Notes under the pieces: model-generated
Databases searched by the model: none
Told to the model about the DNA's origin: nothing
Seen by the model: the letters and a program-made list of their open reading frames with translations, nothing else
NCBI GenBank assembly: GCA_034189385.1
Contig: JAXHVD010000010.1
Span: 64,001-128,000, forward strand
Direction of reading: 5' to 3'
Source of the DNA: Thermodesulfobacteriota bacterium
Lineage (GTDB): Bacteria > Desulfobacterota > Desulfobacteria > Desulfobacterales > C00003060
Length of the DNA: 64,000 bases
In this document: positions 20,120-30,199 of the stretch, one piece after another
Numbering within the stretch: position 1 is the stretch's first letter
Layout: every line of letters starts with the position of its first letter
Position numbers and translations under genes: made by a program

Positions 20120-20164
20120 GACAACGCTCTCTTTGGCGGCCTCTCTGCCGTCTCTAAAGGCCCG

Positions 20165-20773
20165 CTATTCTTCATACCCCGAGCACGGGATGCACATATG
20201 CTTGTTACCCACAAGACGTAAATAGGCTATGGAAACCATCTCGCCACAGCTATCACAGGGCTTAAGCCCCATGATCTCGCCAAAATCCTCCCAAGGGTGG
20301 GACTTGATCTCACCGATAGTGAGGACCTCATCTTCTGGGGCATCCCACACGATATGGACCATCTCCCAGGCCTCTTTTTGAGGGATCTCCGTAGGCGGTA
20401 CGCCCAGGCCACGCTTTTGCATGAAGGCAGACTCGGCAATGCGCTTGTGCCGTCCAGGCTTATAAGAAACCCGTACGGCCCGCTCGGTCCTTTTGTCAAT
20501 CAAGGTAAAGGCCAGTTTTCCCCAGCCAGCCTTCTCAAGGTTGGCCTTTCCAAAGGTGCAGCCCGTGGCGTACTGCACCCCATCGGCAAAGCACTGGGCC
20601 CCATGATTGTTTCCGATCTCCACAATGCAGTGGAGGTCAGCAGAGGAGCCCGCTCGATCCACGCCCAGCTCTCGCAGTCCTGCCAGACCAGCCCGCACCC
20701 CCACTGCGCTTGCCCAGCATATGTGACCGTGAAACTTGAATGCATCGGTCAACATCTGCTTGTCATGAGCCAT
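20165..20773 (-). CDS. FmdE-family protein with C-terminal zinc finger
   Basis: FHGHIC, CFADGVQ..TGCT.GK, CDSCGE...CIPC; start may be 20779. Confidence 0.85.
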   Translation of the reverse strand: MAHDKQMLTDAFKFHGHICWASAVGVRAGLAGLRELGVDRAGSSADLHCIVEIGNNHGAQCFADGVQYATGCTFGKANLEKAGWGKLAFTLIDKRTERAVRVSYKPGRHKRIAESAFMQKRGLGVPPTEIPQKEAWEMVHIVWDAPEDEVLTIGEIKSHPWEDFGEIMGLKPCDSCGEMVSIAYLRLVGNKHMCIPCSGYEE

Positions 20774-20881
20774 TGTCATTTCCCCTTTCTTCTTGTTCGC
20801 CTGGAGGGCCTTGCCTTCCAATGACGGATCTTCAATCCATGAAACGCTAGTGCCCATCTACGAAAGGCCAAGAACGAAGGC

Positions 20882-21011
20882 GCACTGGCGTCAGTTTTCA
20901 ATTCAGTCCCGACGAGTCGGGATTCGCAAGGTCTAGAAAATCAAGGGATTTCGCGGAGTCCCGACGGGTCGGGACGAGATTGTGGAAAAGGGCCATTTAT
21001 GGATGTAAACT
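20882..21011. repeat. Dispersed MITE-like repeat, copy 1 (copy 2 at 57357-57487)
   Basis: CAGTTT(T/C)CAATT(C/T)AGTCCCGACGAGT(C/T)GGGATTCGCAAGGTC..GAAAATCAA shared between the copies; imperfect terminal IRs. Confidence 0.8.
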
Positions 21012-21244
21012 CAGCCTTTGATCCATTTCAATATCTCGTCTTTCTTGGGGACCTTTCCCGCACATTTCACCTCGCCGTCAACGACCACAGCCGGGGTGCC
21101 AAATACCCCGTGGGTGGCGATCTTCATGATGTCAGTCACCTTCTCAATGTTGGCATCCACGCCGGTCTCGGCCACTGCGGCGGCCGCATTCTTTTTCGTC
21201 TGTTCACACTTCGGGCAACCTGGCCCCAATACCTTTATTTCCAT
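21011..21244 (-). CDS. Small redox-active disulfide protein (MTH895-type thioredoxin)
   Basis: MEIKVLGPGCPKC...TPAVVVDG; AGGAGG RBS. Confidence 0.9.
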   Translation of the reverse strand: MEIKVLGPGCPKCEQTKKNAAAAVAETGVDANIEKVTDIMKIATHGVFGTPAVVVDGEVKCAGKVPKKDEILKWIKG

Positions 21245-21269
21245 TTTGTGCCTCCTATTTGCTCCAGCA

Positions 21270-21764
21270 CTAGACGCCTTCACGGAACCACCCCTTAATC
21301 CTGGTCTTAGTGGCAACGTTGCCCACAGAGACCACCTTTCCATTCACAACCAAGGCAGGGGTGCCTATCACACCGTAACTGGCAATCACCTTCATGTCCC
21401 TTACATGTTCTATGGCTGCGGCAAGGCCCATCTCTGCCGCCACCTCCATGACGTCTCTCTCCAGCCCTTCGCACCGGGCACATCCAGGCCCCAGAATCTT
21501 AATCTCCAGCCCCTCGGAGGTCTCTTCTTCATACGGCCTTCCGAGCAACTTGTTGAACTCCCGTAGAAGGGCTTTTCCATACGCTTCCTTCGAGGCCGCC
21601 GGGACATAGTTCTTCTTAGAAACCCGTCTCATTAACTCCGCCCGCACTTCCCTCTCGGAACGATGAGCCCATTCTGCTGCCATCTCTTCCATGACCTGTT
21701 TCAGGCCGATCATGCCGACTGATTGCTGATTGACTCTCATCTGTGTTACATCTTCCTGGGACAT
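21270..21764 (-). CDS. MTH895-type thioredoxin with N-terminal extension
   Basis: C-terminal IKILGPGCARC...TPALVVNG; ~85-aa N-terminal domain. Confidence 0.85.
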   Translation of the reverse strand: MSQEDVTQMRVNQQSVGMIGLKQVMEEMAAEWAHRSEREVRAELMRRVSKKNYVPAASKEAYGKALLREFNKLLGRPYEEETSEGLEIKILGPGCARCEGLERDVMEVAAEMGLAAAIEHVRDMKVIASYGVIGTPALVVNGKVVSVGNVATKTRIKGWFREGV

Positions 21765-21773
21765 AGTTCTTCC

Positions 21774-22877
21774 TTAGACAACCACGTTAAAGAGATAACC
21801 CACCAGCAAGATTCCGCACCCGACCACGCAGATAAACGCACCGATAAGCCGAGGTTTCAGAACTTTTCTGAGGATCACCATCTCAGGCAGCGAAAGGGCG
21901 ATCACGCTCATCATGAAGGCGAGCACTGTGCCGAGTGCGGCCCCCTTTCCAAGAAGGGCTTCCACCACCGGGATGATGCCCGCGGCATTAGAATACATGG
22001 GCACCCCGATAACGACAGCCAGCGGCACGGACCACCAGACCCCTTTGCCCATAACAGAGGCCATGAAGCTCTCCGGTACGTAGCCGTGTATGCCGGCACC
22101 AACGGCAATGCCCAGCAGGACATAGATCCAGATCCGACCAACAATCTCCTTCACTGCATCCCAGCCATACATCATCCGGTCATGCCAAGAGAGTCTTTCC
22201 TCCTGGGCCTGAATCACGCCGCCTTCCAATCCTGCGACCCATTCTTCAACATGTCTTTCCAGGCGCAGGCGACCGATAAGCCAGCCGGAAACAATGGCAA
22301 TAGTAAGCCCTGTACCCATGTAGAGGGCGGCCACCTTCCAGCCAAGGAGTCCGTAAAGCAGACCCAGGGCGATTTCGTTGACCATGGGAGCAGAGATGAG
22401 GAATGAAAAGGTCACCCCCAACGGCACCCCTGCGGTGACAAATCCGATAAATAGAGGCACAGCAGAGCAGGAACAAAAGGGGGTCACAATGCCGAGAAGG
22501 GCCGCCAGGGTATTGCCCACAAACTCCGTTTTTCCCGATAAGATGTCCCTGGTCTTTTCCGGCGTAAAGAAGCTGCGTACTATTCCTACGCTAAAGACAA
22601 CCAAGACGAGAAGCATCATGACCTTGGGCGTGTCGTAGAAGAAGAATTCCACGGCAGCGGCCATGTGGCTACCCGGACTGAGCCTGAAAACCGAGTATGT
22701 AATAAAGGCCGCAAGCAGAGACAGTCTGCCGTAAATCACCCACCACACAAAGAGGGTGATGGCACCAAGTCCCAAGTAGAAGACCTTTTCCCTCTTAAGA
22801 CCTGATGGGGTCTTCCCCTGGGCTTCGGCACAGGCACACGAACCATTGGCAACCGGTTTCACAGCACGCACTGTCAT
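21774..22877 (-). CDS. ArsP-family permease (DUF318)
   Basis: TPFCSCSAVPLF, SAPMVNE, GVPMYSN, LSLPE. Confidence 0.9.
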   Translation of the reverse strand: MTVRAVKPVANGSCACAEAQGKTPSGLKREKVFYLGLGAITLFVWWVIYGRLSLLAAFITYSVFRLSPGSHMAAAVEFFFYDTPKVMMLLVLVVFSVGIVRSFFTPEKTRDILSGKTEFVGNTLAALLGIVTPFCSCSAVPLFIGFVTAGVPLGVTFSFLISAPMVNEIALGLLYGLLGWKVAALYMGTGLTIAIVSGWLIGRLRLERHVEEWVAGLEGGVIQAQEERLSWHDRMMYGWDAVKEIVGRIWIYVLLGIAVGAGIHGYVPESFMASVMGKGVWWSVPLAVVIGVPMYSNAAGIIPVVEALLGKGAALGTVLAFMMSVIALSLPEMVILRKVLKPRLIGAFICVVGCGILLVGYLFNVVV

Positions 22878-22943
22878 GGCGCCTCACCATGTGGCGAGAC
22901 CCTGTCCGTTGACCAGGACGGATAGCGCTTGAAAGCCATAGCA

Positions 22944-22962
22944 ATATTCCTATTTAGCTATA
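22944..22962. promoter_or_regulatory. Putative ArsR operator upstream of the permease
   Basis: Imperfect palindrome ATATTCCTATTTAGCTATA resembles the one over the arsR promoter. Confidence 0.5.
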
Positions 22963-22980
22963 GATTAAGGACAAAAAAAA

Positions 22981-23328
22981 TTATTTCCTGCAAATCTCTT
23001 CTCGTCGAATTGATGGAAGTTCTTCTACGATGTCAGCGATCTCTGCATCATCTTCCAGCCAGTGCCTCAAATTGCCCAGCAGGTTGGCCACATAGGGACT
23101 GGCGCTTCCGTCCGTGAGTCCGTAGTTGACCCACATGCCCTCTTTCTGAGACGTAATAATGCCTGCATCTTCGAGTATTTTAAGATGCTTAGACACGCTG
23201 GGCTGCGCTATCTTGAGAGCAGCCCGCATCTCGCATACACACATGACCTTGTGTTGCAACATCTTTACAATTCTTACCCTGTTGGGATCGGACAGGGCCT
23301 TCATGACCCTGATAAAATCTCTCATCAT
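22981..23328 (-). CDS. arsR: ArsR/SmtB metalloregulator
   Basis: KALSDPNRVRI, MCVCE, SVSKHLKIL. Confidence 0.93.
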   Translation of the reverse strand: MMRDFIRVMKALSDPNRVRIVKMLQHKVMCVCEMRAALKIAQPSVSKHLKILEDAGIITSQKEGMWVNYGLTDGSASPYVANLLGNLRHWLEDDAEIADIVEELPSIRREEICRK

Positions 23329-23337
23329 ACATTCCAG

Positions 23338-23383
23338 ATATATGCCTTTTTGGGAATATACCCCCTTTGCTTTGCATTGTCAA
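23338..23383 (-). promoter_or_regulatory. Sigma70 promoter of arsR with overlapping palindromic operator
   Basis: Minus strand TTGACA-N17-TATATT; -10 overlaps TATATTCCCAAAAAGGCATATA. Confidence 0.7.
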
Positions 23384-23447
23384 TTAAATTTTCGCGCTCG
23401 AAGAAAAATGGATACCGCCCAGAAAGGTTTTCTCAAGACGTCAAAGG

Positions 23448-23609
23448 TGATGAAATCGAAAAAAGTCGAAAAAGACCTCTTTTTGTCATTCCGGCGAAAG
23501 CCTGTCGAGAGCCTCAAGGCCGAACGGCCGGAATCCAGTCCTTTCAACAACTTCTGGATGCCGGATCAAGTCCGGCATGACGACTGAAAGACCTTTTACG
23601 AGTCTGTCA
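23448..23609. repeat. REP-like composite palindromic element
   Basis: Ends TGATGAAATCGAAAAAAGTC / GACCTTTTACGAGTCTGTCA; internal GTCATTCCGGC...GCCGGAATCCAG...CTGGATGCCGGATCAAGTCCGGCATGAC. Confidence 0.75.
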
Positions 23610-23642
23610 ACGGTGAAATGATGATCGGGGGGCAGGCGGAGA

Positions 23643-23903
23643 CTATTCTAAGCTATCTTTGAAGGTCTGCCAGCCGATAAGCATATCGGCCATATGGTGA
23701 TAGACGGTGCGCGTTTCTGGACTCACGCACCCCAGCTTCTTGATGGCTTGCTTGGCCCGTTTCTCAAGGAGGTCTATCTTTTGGTCGCCCTCCTTAACCT
23801 GGGCACTCACGTCCTCATTATTGTCCATTCGCCCTTTGAGCCGCGTGGCCAAGGCCTTGGCATCTGAAAGCTCTTTCAAGAGTTGACTCGTAGCGTCATC
23901 CAT
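23643..23903 (-). CDS. Hypothetical helical protein (86 aa)
   Basis: AGAGGAG RBS before ATG 23903; last gene of the minus-strand glucan run. Confidence 0.65.
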   Translation of the reverse strand: MDDATSQLLKELSDAKALATRLKGRMDNNEDVSAQVKEGDQKIDLLEKRAKQAIKKLGCVSPETRTVYHHMADMLIGWQTFKDSLE

Positions 23904-23934
23904 GGACACAGCACTCCTCTCGGCGGTATGAAAT

Positions 23935-24789
23935 CTAGCTCTTGGAGCCGAAAAAGTCGTCAAGGTATATGACATTTCCTTCGGTCTTCATTGAGCCTGA
24001 TGGCTGATTAACGGTCTTAGACTTTGTGATCCCTTCAATGACTCTTTGCAGTTCGGGATTATCATCTACAAAACGTTGGATCTGTCTTGCCAACTGCATC
24101 CACCCCTTCTCCAGTTCAGTAGTGTCAATCTGAAACCCTCCAAGGTTGGCCAACACAGTGCCCATTCGAGAAAGAAGCCGAAGGTGGGTCCCCTGGACAT
24201 AGAAAGGGCAATGCCCCCACAGACTCATCCCTTGGATGCCCGCGGACTTCGCCTCCTGCATGATGAGGGAATGAATGGCACCAGGCCCTTCATAGTCAAT
24301 GGGAATGACATCGTTTTGCTCCAAGCGTTTTAAAAGCTCCGGGCTTGAGGCAAGACCTGAAATAATAGCGTCCGTATGGACCACCTTATCCTGTAGCCCC
24401 CCGAGGCTAATGATGAGGCTCACCTCTAATTGCCGGCAAAGAGACAACACCTTGTCAACAAACAGGTCCCAACGAAAGTGGGGTTCATGGGCTTTGAACA
24501 AAATGAGGCTCGTCTCCATTTGCTCCTGGGGTACAGCGTAAAAAACTGCTTCTGGAAACGAAACCTCATGAAGCCGGCCACGTTGTATCTTCACAGTGGG
24601 CCGAATATCATCAAACCGACAGAAGGCGTTGAGATTGATGCTTGCAAACCGCGTGGCCCCAAGCGTTTGTATTAGGAAATCAAGCAACCCCACTGCCACA
24701 TTGCCGCCATTGGGCCATCCCTCAAACCCAAGGACGAGGATGGGGGCGCTCAGTTCAGGCATATGCTCTATGACGATTTCTTCCTTCAC
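23935..24789 (-). CDS. PAC2 (proteasome assembly chaperone 2) family protein
   Basis: GFEGWPNGG, RPTV, EP...W, SLGG, YEGP, SLWGHCPFY. Confidence 0.85.
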   Translation of the reverse strand: MKEEIVIEHMPELSAPILVLGFEGWPNGGNVAVGLLDFLIQTLGATRFASINLNAFCRFDDIRPTVKIQRGRLHEVSFPEAVFYAVPQEQMETSLILFKAHEPHFRWDLFVDKVLSLCRQLEVSLIISLGGLQDKVVHTDAIISGLASSPELLKRLEQNDVIPIDYEGPGAIHSLIMQEAKSAGIQGMSLWGHCPFYVQGTHLRLLSRMGTVLANLGGFQIDTTELEKGWMQLARQIQRFVDDNPELQRVIEGITKSKTVNQPSGSMKTEGNVIYLDDFFGSKS

Positions 24790-24820
24790 AACACCAGTTT
24801 CTCAGATCAACGAGGGCATG

Positions 24821-26029
24821 TCAAGAATGGGGGCTTGAAGCCATCTTGTCCATTGCCCTGTCTAGGAGGGCGTAGACTTGTTCTAGTTCGTCAAAGGAGC
24901 GATGGACCCATCGGCTTCCCCAATAGAAGTTGCAACTTGTCTCTGCCACCAACATGTGATCATAGGCGGCAATGATCATGTGACGGACTTCCTCTGGATT
25001 GTCAGTGGCCTGCCCCCTTTCATCAAAGGTCCTCTTTGCCTGGTGGTAGTAGGCACTGGCCTCCCTTATGGCGTCCCAACCCTTTTTCTGGAGGAGCGAC
25101 CCCGTCCATTGGGCGAAATCGCCCCCCCAATGGTGCCCTGTATTCCAGGCCCCTCGATGGACCTCCACCTCTTCAGAAGGGGGATACATGTCCAGGTATT
25201 TGCTTATTCTGATAGGGGCGAAACCAAGGGTCCCTTCGCGGTACCTGTTCAAAATGGGATGATAAAAACAGCCCCAGAAGCCACTTTCCACATGGGTGGT
25301 GCGGAACCACCCGCCATTTTCGCCATCAGTCCAGGTGGTCACCAGGGCTGGAAAGTCGCAGTGCTTTGTCCTTTCATAGAGCTCATGCTGAAACCAGCCA
25401 GGATCGAGGCCCGATTCCTGGGCGTCCGAAAGCTCCCGATCCCGAGGAACGACGATGATCTCTTCTCCATCGTAACGGGCTACGTACGGTCGATACCGCA
25501 ACTCTTCCCAGCGCATCTCACGCTTCGGCTTGATGTACCAGCAATCAACGATGACATACTTATAGCCGTGGCGTTTCAACATGGGGATCATCTCCATGCA
25601 AAAACCCATCTCAGGAGGCCAGAAACCCTGGAATCTGTCACGACCCAGAAGATGTTGTCCCAAGCCGATCCACCAGGCGGTCTGTGCATCCCAGTCAGCA
25701 GGCGGGGTCAATGGATAGACGGGATGGTAGAGGCCAGTGCCTACAAATTCGATGCTGGACCGCTTGTAGCGATTGAGAAAATCGTCAATATCCACAACAT
25801 CAGCAAAGGTCTCCCTCACGGCAGGATCTTCGAGCTGCTTCAGGAGGGTTCCGGAAAAGCTCATGTGGAGCCCAGCAACATCTTCATACCCTTCCAGCAT
25901 ACGCGTGGGCCGATCATAACACCAAAGGATCTGCCTCGCCTCCCACCGTTCCTCTGAATTGTGCAAGGCAATAAGATTGCCTAGGGGCTGATGCATGTTC
26001 AGGCCCAGTGCGTGGTAGACTTCAGGCAT
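24821..26029 (-). CDS. Glycoside hydrolase family 57 protein
   Basis: NMHQP, SFSGTLLKQL, YHPVYPL, GFWPPEMG (nucleophile), TDGENG (acid/base), AETSC. Confidence 0.88.
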   Translation of the reverse strand: MPEVYHALGLNMHQPLGNLIALHNSEERWEARQILWCYDRPTRMLEGYEDVAGLHMSFSGTLLKQLEDPAVRETFADVVDIDDFLNRYKRSSIEFVGTGLYHPVYPLTPPADWDAQTAWWIGLGQHLLGRDRFQGFWPPEMGFCMEMIPMLKRHGYKYVIVDCWYIKPKREMRWEELRYRPYVARYDGEEIIVVPRDRELSDAQESGLDPGWFQHELYERTKHCDFPALVTTWTDGENGGWFRTTHVESGFWGCFYHPILNRYREGTLGFAPIRISKYLDMYPPSEEVEVHRGAWNTGHHWGGDFAQWTGSLLQKKGWDAIREASAYYHQAKRTFDERGQATDNPEEVRHMIIAAYDHMLVAETSCNFYWGSRWVHRSFDELEQVYALLDRAMDKMASSPHS

Positions 26030-26064
26030 AAAAGACTCCTCATCCTTGTCAGAAGGTTGAAGAC

Positions 26065-27540
26065 CTATTCTTTGATATAGTTGTAGATGTTCAGGTAGTG
26101 TCGTCCAGGATGGTTCCAGGAGTAGTCGTACCTCATCCCATTGGCCATCAGTTCTCGAAAAAACTGAGGGTAGTCATGCCATAGGCCGATGGCCCTTTTC
26201 ATTGCAGATTTGAGACCTTCGTTGTCAAAATCATTGAACACATACCCATTGCGCTCGTGATAAGCTTTTGAGGCATAATCAGCGTCAAACACGGTGTCTG
26301 CCAATCCCCCAACACCCCGAACAATAGGAACCGTGCCATATTTCATGGCGATCATCTGTGTGAGACCACAGGGCTCAAAGGCGCTTGGCACGACAATCAT
26401 ATCGGCGCCCGCATATATGAGATGAGCCAATTCCTCATCATAGCCAATCTCAAGATGGCAATCTGGATTATCATTCAAGTGGTGCTTCAGTTCCAAAAAA
26501 TCGTTGTTGGTACCAGGATCGGAACTTGAGCCCAGTAGCACAAACTGGCAGCCCTTTTCCAAGGCATAGAAAATCCCGTGCCGTATCAGCCCCACCCCTT
26601 TTTGATGATCTAACCGGCTGATCACGGCAATCATCGGTTTGAAGCCCTGATTCATCCACAGTCTGTTTCGGAGAGTCTCCTTGTTCTTATACTTGTCGTG
26701 AAGCGTTTCTATGGTGTACTGACATGATATGTGGGGATCGATCTCAGGGTTCCATACATTGTAATCCACACCGTTTAAAACCCCTCCAAACTTCACGCCG
26801 TGAACATGCAAGGTGCGTTGCAGACCATAACCCAGATCCGAGTACTTTATCTCCTCTGCATAACGGGGAGAGACAGTGGTCACAAAGTTGGAGTAAACGA
26901 TCCCCCCTTTCATGAGATTGATGGCCCTGTGATTGAAGTTGTCCTGGAGCCGCTCCTGAGTCATGTAATGGGCAGGATTCAGGCCCACCTGTCGAAGGGT
27001 CTGTTCTCCCGTCACCCCCTGGTGCTTGAGGTTGTGCAGCGTGTAGCAAACCCTGGGATGAGTCATCCCCATAGGTTTATAAAGATCAAAGAGAAGCACT
27101 GGTGCCAGAGCCGTCTGCCAATCGTGACAGTGGATGACTTCAGGATGCTTGTTTGCCTTCAGCATAAACTCCAGTGCTGCCCTGGAGAAGAAGGCGAAAC
27201 GTTCAGGGTCGTCGTTATGGCCGTAAAATGTCCCCCGGTTGAAGAAGTGATGAGAGGAGTGTGTGTCGATGAAAAAACACTTGAGACCATCCACAAAGCC
27301 GAAGTACACATCGCAATGCACGCGTTGGTCATGGTAGGGGACCCAGAGATCGCTGTAGGTTCTATGGAGATTCCAGATCCGGTCATAGCGCATGCAATCG
27401 TATTTAGGCAAAATGACCTCTACTGCATTGCCCCGTGTGGCCATCTCACGGGAGAGCCCCTGGACCACGTCTCCCAGGCCGCCTACCTTGGCCACCGGGG
27501 CACACTCTGGGGTGATCATCACGATGTACATGCTGCTCAT
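26065..27540 (-). CDS. glgA: Glycogen/starch synthase (GT5)
   Basis: KVGGLGDV, HCHDWQT, TTVSPRYA, SRLDHQKG, FEPCGLTQM. Confidence 0.96.
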   Translation of the reverse strand: MSSMYIVMITPECAPVAKVGGLGDVVQGLSREMATRGNAVEVILPKYDCMRYDRIWNLHRTYSDLWVPYHDQRVHCDVYFGFVDGLKCFFIDTHSSHHFFNRGTFYGHNDDPERFAFFSRAALEFMLKANKHPEVIHCHDWQTALAPVLLFDLYKPMGMTHPRVCYTLHNLKHQGVTGEQTLRQVGLNPAHYMTQERLQDNFNHRAINLMKGGIVYSNFVTTVSPRYAEEIKYSDLGYGLQRTLHVHGVKFGGVLNGVDYNVWNPEIDPHISCQYTIETLHDKYKNKETLRNRLWMNQGFKPMIAVISRLDHQKGVGLIRHGIFYALEKGCQFVLLGSSSDPGTNNDFLELKHHLNDNPDCHLEIGYDEELAHLIYAGADMIVVPSAFEPCGLTQMIAMKYGTVPIVRGVGGLADTVFDADYASKAYHERNGYVFNDFDNEGLKSAMKRAIGLWHDYPQFFRELMANGMRYDYSWNHPGRHYLNIYNYIKE

Positions 27541-27625
27541 TCCTGGCTGCGAAATTCCAGTCTCTCCCTCCCCAAGTGGAAGGGGCCGGGGGAGTCAGAG
27601 ACTGCTTTGCTTGAACCATCTTGTT

Positions 27626-29233
27626 TCATGTAAGATTAGAGCTGGCTGAAGCTTCATAAAATGAGCGGTAGTCGATCTGTGGAAAGATGTTATTCTGGTC
27701 CTCAATCAAAGAGAGCCATTTCTCATCAATACTGTAGCTTTGAATTTGATCTCTTAGCTTACCCAGACGCGAGAGGTGGGTCTTCGTCCGTAGGGTTCCA
27801 TATTCTGCCATGTCACCTCTGTTGATCATGAAGGCCCAATCACTGGCTTGCGCCACCAGGAGCTCCCTTGCCGCTTGTTTCAGCGCCCTGAGCTGCAGAC
27901 CACGGGCTTGGGGATAATCCCTTGCCAGCCTTTCCATAGAGCGTGCTCCTTTATGGAGCTGGGGATAGATCCAGTCGTTTTTCCCGTTAAGCCACGTTTC
28001 ATGAAACCCTCTGTCTCCCCAACTTGAAGAAGAGGGGGCTGCAACCTGATTTTTGGGGTACTCCTCGAGATATTCAGAAAAGGTAATGAGCCTAAGTGTT
28101 TCTTGCTCCCCACTGACTTTTCGAAGTAAATGATCAAGCCAGCGCGGCCCCTCGAACCACCAGTGGCCCAAGAGTTCCGCGTCGTAGGGTGCTACGATGA
28201 CAGGCTTGCGATCCATCACAGAAGCCAGGTATTCAATCTGTCTTTCCCTGTTGAACATGAAATTGCCCGCATGGATCTCAGTCTTTTTCTCAGCCCACTC
28301 AGGAACGTATACTTCTTTGTGATTGTTCTTTCCCGTAATGCGGAAATACTTGAAACCCGTGTCTACCCGAATGCCGTCACTGTGAATATAGGGTCTGATG
28401 TAATCAAGATCGAGGTCATAGGCAATGTCGCGATAGAACTCCCGGTAGTCATAGTCCCCGGGATAGCCTTCCGTACAACTCCAAACTTGCTTCGATGATT
28501 CGGGGTCCCGCCCAAAGGCAGCCACCCCTGACGGACAAAGGATGGGGCCGTAGACGCCATATCTCGGCCTTGACGCAGCACGGGTAATCCCATGGGTTTC
28601 TAGAATCGTGTAGCGGATACCCTGTTCGCTAAGAAGTTCGTCAACGCCAGGATAGTAACCGCATTCGGGCAACCAGAATCCTTTGGGCCTGCAACCAAAT
28701 GCATGCCTGTAATCTTCGATACCTGTTCGAATCTGTGATCGGACAGCAGATGGGTTGACAGAAAGCAGGGGTAGATAACCGTGCGTGGCAGCGCTCGCTA
28801 TGATTTCTACCTGTCCGAGTTCCTGCAAGCCTTTAAATACCTGGACCAGATTCTGATCATAGCGGTTGAGAAATGCTTCTCGTACATTCAAAAGGCGGTT
28901 GTAGTACATATGGGCCAGGGCGTTGAACTGGGGTTCGGATCTGGTTCGCTTGACCTCTTTTTCGCCCAGTTCTATGAGCCGGTTGAGCTTGTTCATGTAG
29001 CGGGACTGCAAAAAGGGATCAGCAAGCATGGAGGTCAGCGTGGGGGTCATGGACAAGGTCAATCGAAAACCGATCCCGTCCTCCAGGAGGCGCTCCAGAA
29101 CGGAAAGCAAGGGGATATAGGTATCGGTGATGGCCTCAAAGAGCCAGTTCTCTTCTAGGGCATCCCTATATTCAGGATGTCTCACAAAGGGAAGATGGGC
29201 ATGAAGGACGATGGCCAAATAACCCTTTTCCAT
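27626..29233 (-). CDS. GH57 1,4-alpha-glucan branching enzyme (DUF1957)
   Basis: HAHLPFV, ATHGYLPL, GFWLPECGY, YREFYRD, PYDAELLGHWWFEG, QASDWAF. Confidence 0.92.
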   Translation of the reverse strand: MEKGYLAIVLHAHLPFVRHPEYRDALEENWLFEAITDTYIPLLSVLERLLEDGIGFRLTLSMTPTLTSMLADPFLQSRYMNKLNRLIELGEKEVKRTRSEPQFNALAHMYYNRLLNVREAFLNRYDQNLVQVFKGLQELGQVEIIASAATHGYLPLLSVNPSAVRSQIRTGIEDYRHAFGCRPKGFWLPECGYYPGVDELLSEQGIRYTILETHGITRAASRPRYGVYGPILCPSGVAAFGRDPESSKQVWSCTEGYPGDYDYREFYRDIAYDLDLDYIRPYIHSDGIRVDTGFKYFRITGKNNHKEVYVPEWAEKKTEIHAGNFMFNRERQIEYLASVMDRKPVIVAPYDAELLGHWWFEGPRWLDHLLRKVSGEQETLRLITFSEYLEEYPKNQVAAPSSSSWGDRGFHETWLNGKNDWIYPQLHKGARSMERLARDYPQARGLQLRALKQAARELLVAQASDWAFMINRGDMAEYGTLRTKTHLSRLGKLRDQIQSYSIDEKWLSLIEDQNNIFPQIDYRSFYEASASSNLT

Positions 29234-29268
29234 ATTCGACTCTAACCCGGACAAGGCCGAATGATGAC

Positions 29269-30090
29269 TTACCTGTCAGCCGAGTCCTTCTCTTTTCGTG
29301 GAGACGCGCCCCCTTGCGAAGACAGGCCAAGGGTGAACTCCTTTTCGCTCATGTCGGTAAGATCAACACCAGCACCTTCTTCAGATGGGCCTTGAACCCC
29401 TTGGGCAAATGGAACCTGTGGCCGGGCCAAGTCTGTCCCCTGAAAGCTTCTCACCTTGCCGGAGCCTTCTCTGGGAAGGTCTGACCCTGGCCCTGCTCGC
29501 CTTGGCTGAACCGGACTGTCACTGCGTGGGCCTCCATCGGCTTCCATGTCGGACACACCCTGCTTCGGACTCCCCTGCACCACCATGTCCGCCTCATCCC
29601 CTTGGGGGGCAGGCCCCACACGAGGCACCTCTACAACATTGGACCGGGCTATGGGATAGAAGCTCCCTTCTTCACTTCTGAATCCCAATTCAACAAGGTA
29701 TGCGTTGCCGGGACTCCAGAGATGGATATACCGACTCCTCGATTCAAGATCGATATCCACATCAAAGGCGTGGGTTGCATTGCCGCCATGAGAAGCCATG
29801 CTGGTGACACCATAACACCTCAAGACGGCCCTGGATCGTCCGTAGTCCTTATGGGGCCTGTCTCTCACCGTCTTGAGTCTCTCTGAGGCGACCTCCCAGT
29901 AGACATGGATCAAGTAGGGATCAACGGCCACTGCCACTACTATTGTTTCGCCGTATGAGTTATTTGCAGCCGCGGGTGGCTCGTGAAAAGCATAGAGGTC
30001 CTCAACGGTCTTACCCGCCGATTCTTCAGCCCTTTTCTGTGTCCAGGCTTTTGCCTTGGACAGACTTGGTTTTTCAACCTTTTGCGTCAC
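29269..30090 (-). CDS. DUF4912 domain protein
   Basis: YGET.VV..VDPY.IHVYWE...Y.VELG...IARSN.V.VP; usual neighbour of GH57 branching enzymes. Confidence 0.8.
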   Translation of the reverse strand: MTQKVEKPSLSKAKAWTQKRAEESAGKTVEDLYAFHEPPAAANNSYGETIVVAVAVDPYLIHVYWEVASERLKTVRDRPHKDYGRSRAVLRCYGVTSMASHGGNATHAFDVDIDLESRSRYIHLWSPGNAYLVELGFRSEEGSFYPIARSNVVEVPRVGPAPQGDEADMVVQGSPKQGVSDMEADGGPRSDSPVQPRRAGPGSDLPREGSGKVRSFQGTDLARPQVPFAQGVQGPSEEGAGVDLTDMSEKEFTLGLSSQGGASPRKEKDSADR

Positions 30091-30199
30091 GGAAACGCTG
30101 TCTTCCCATAGCTTTGTGAAGTGACTTCTGCTATTTTACCATGTGGCTTTTTTCATTGATGCTACAGGAAATGGAGACAAAACACAACCGCCGCGGGCG

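Noticed and set aside
24902..25957. 351-aa plus-strand ORF
   Set aside because: Antisense shadow of the GH57 gene with no recognisable motifs.
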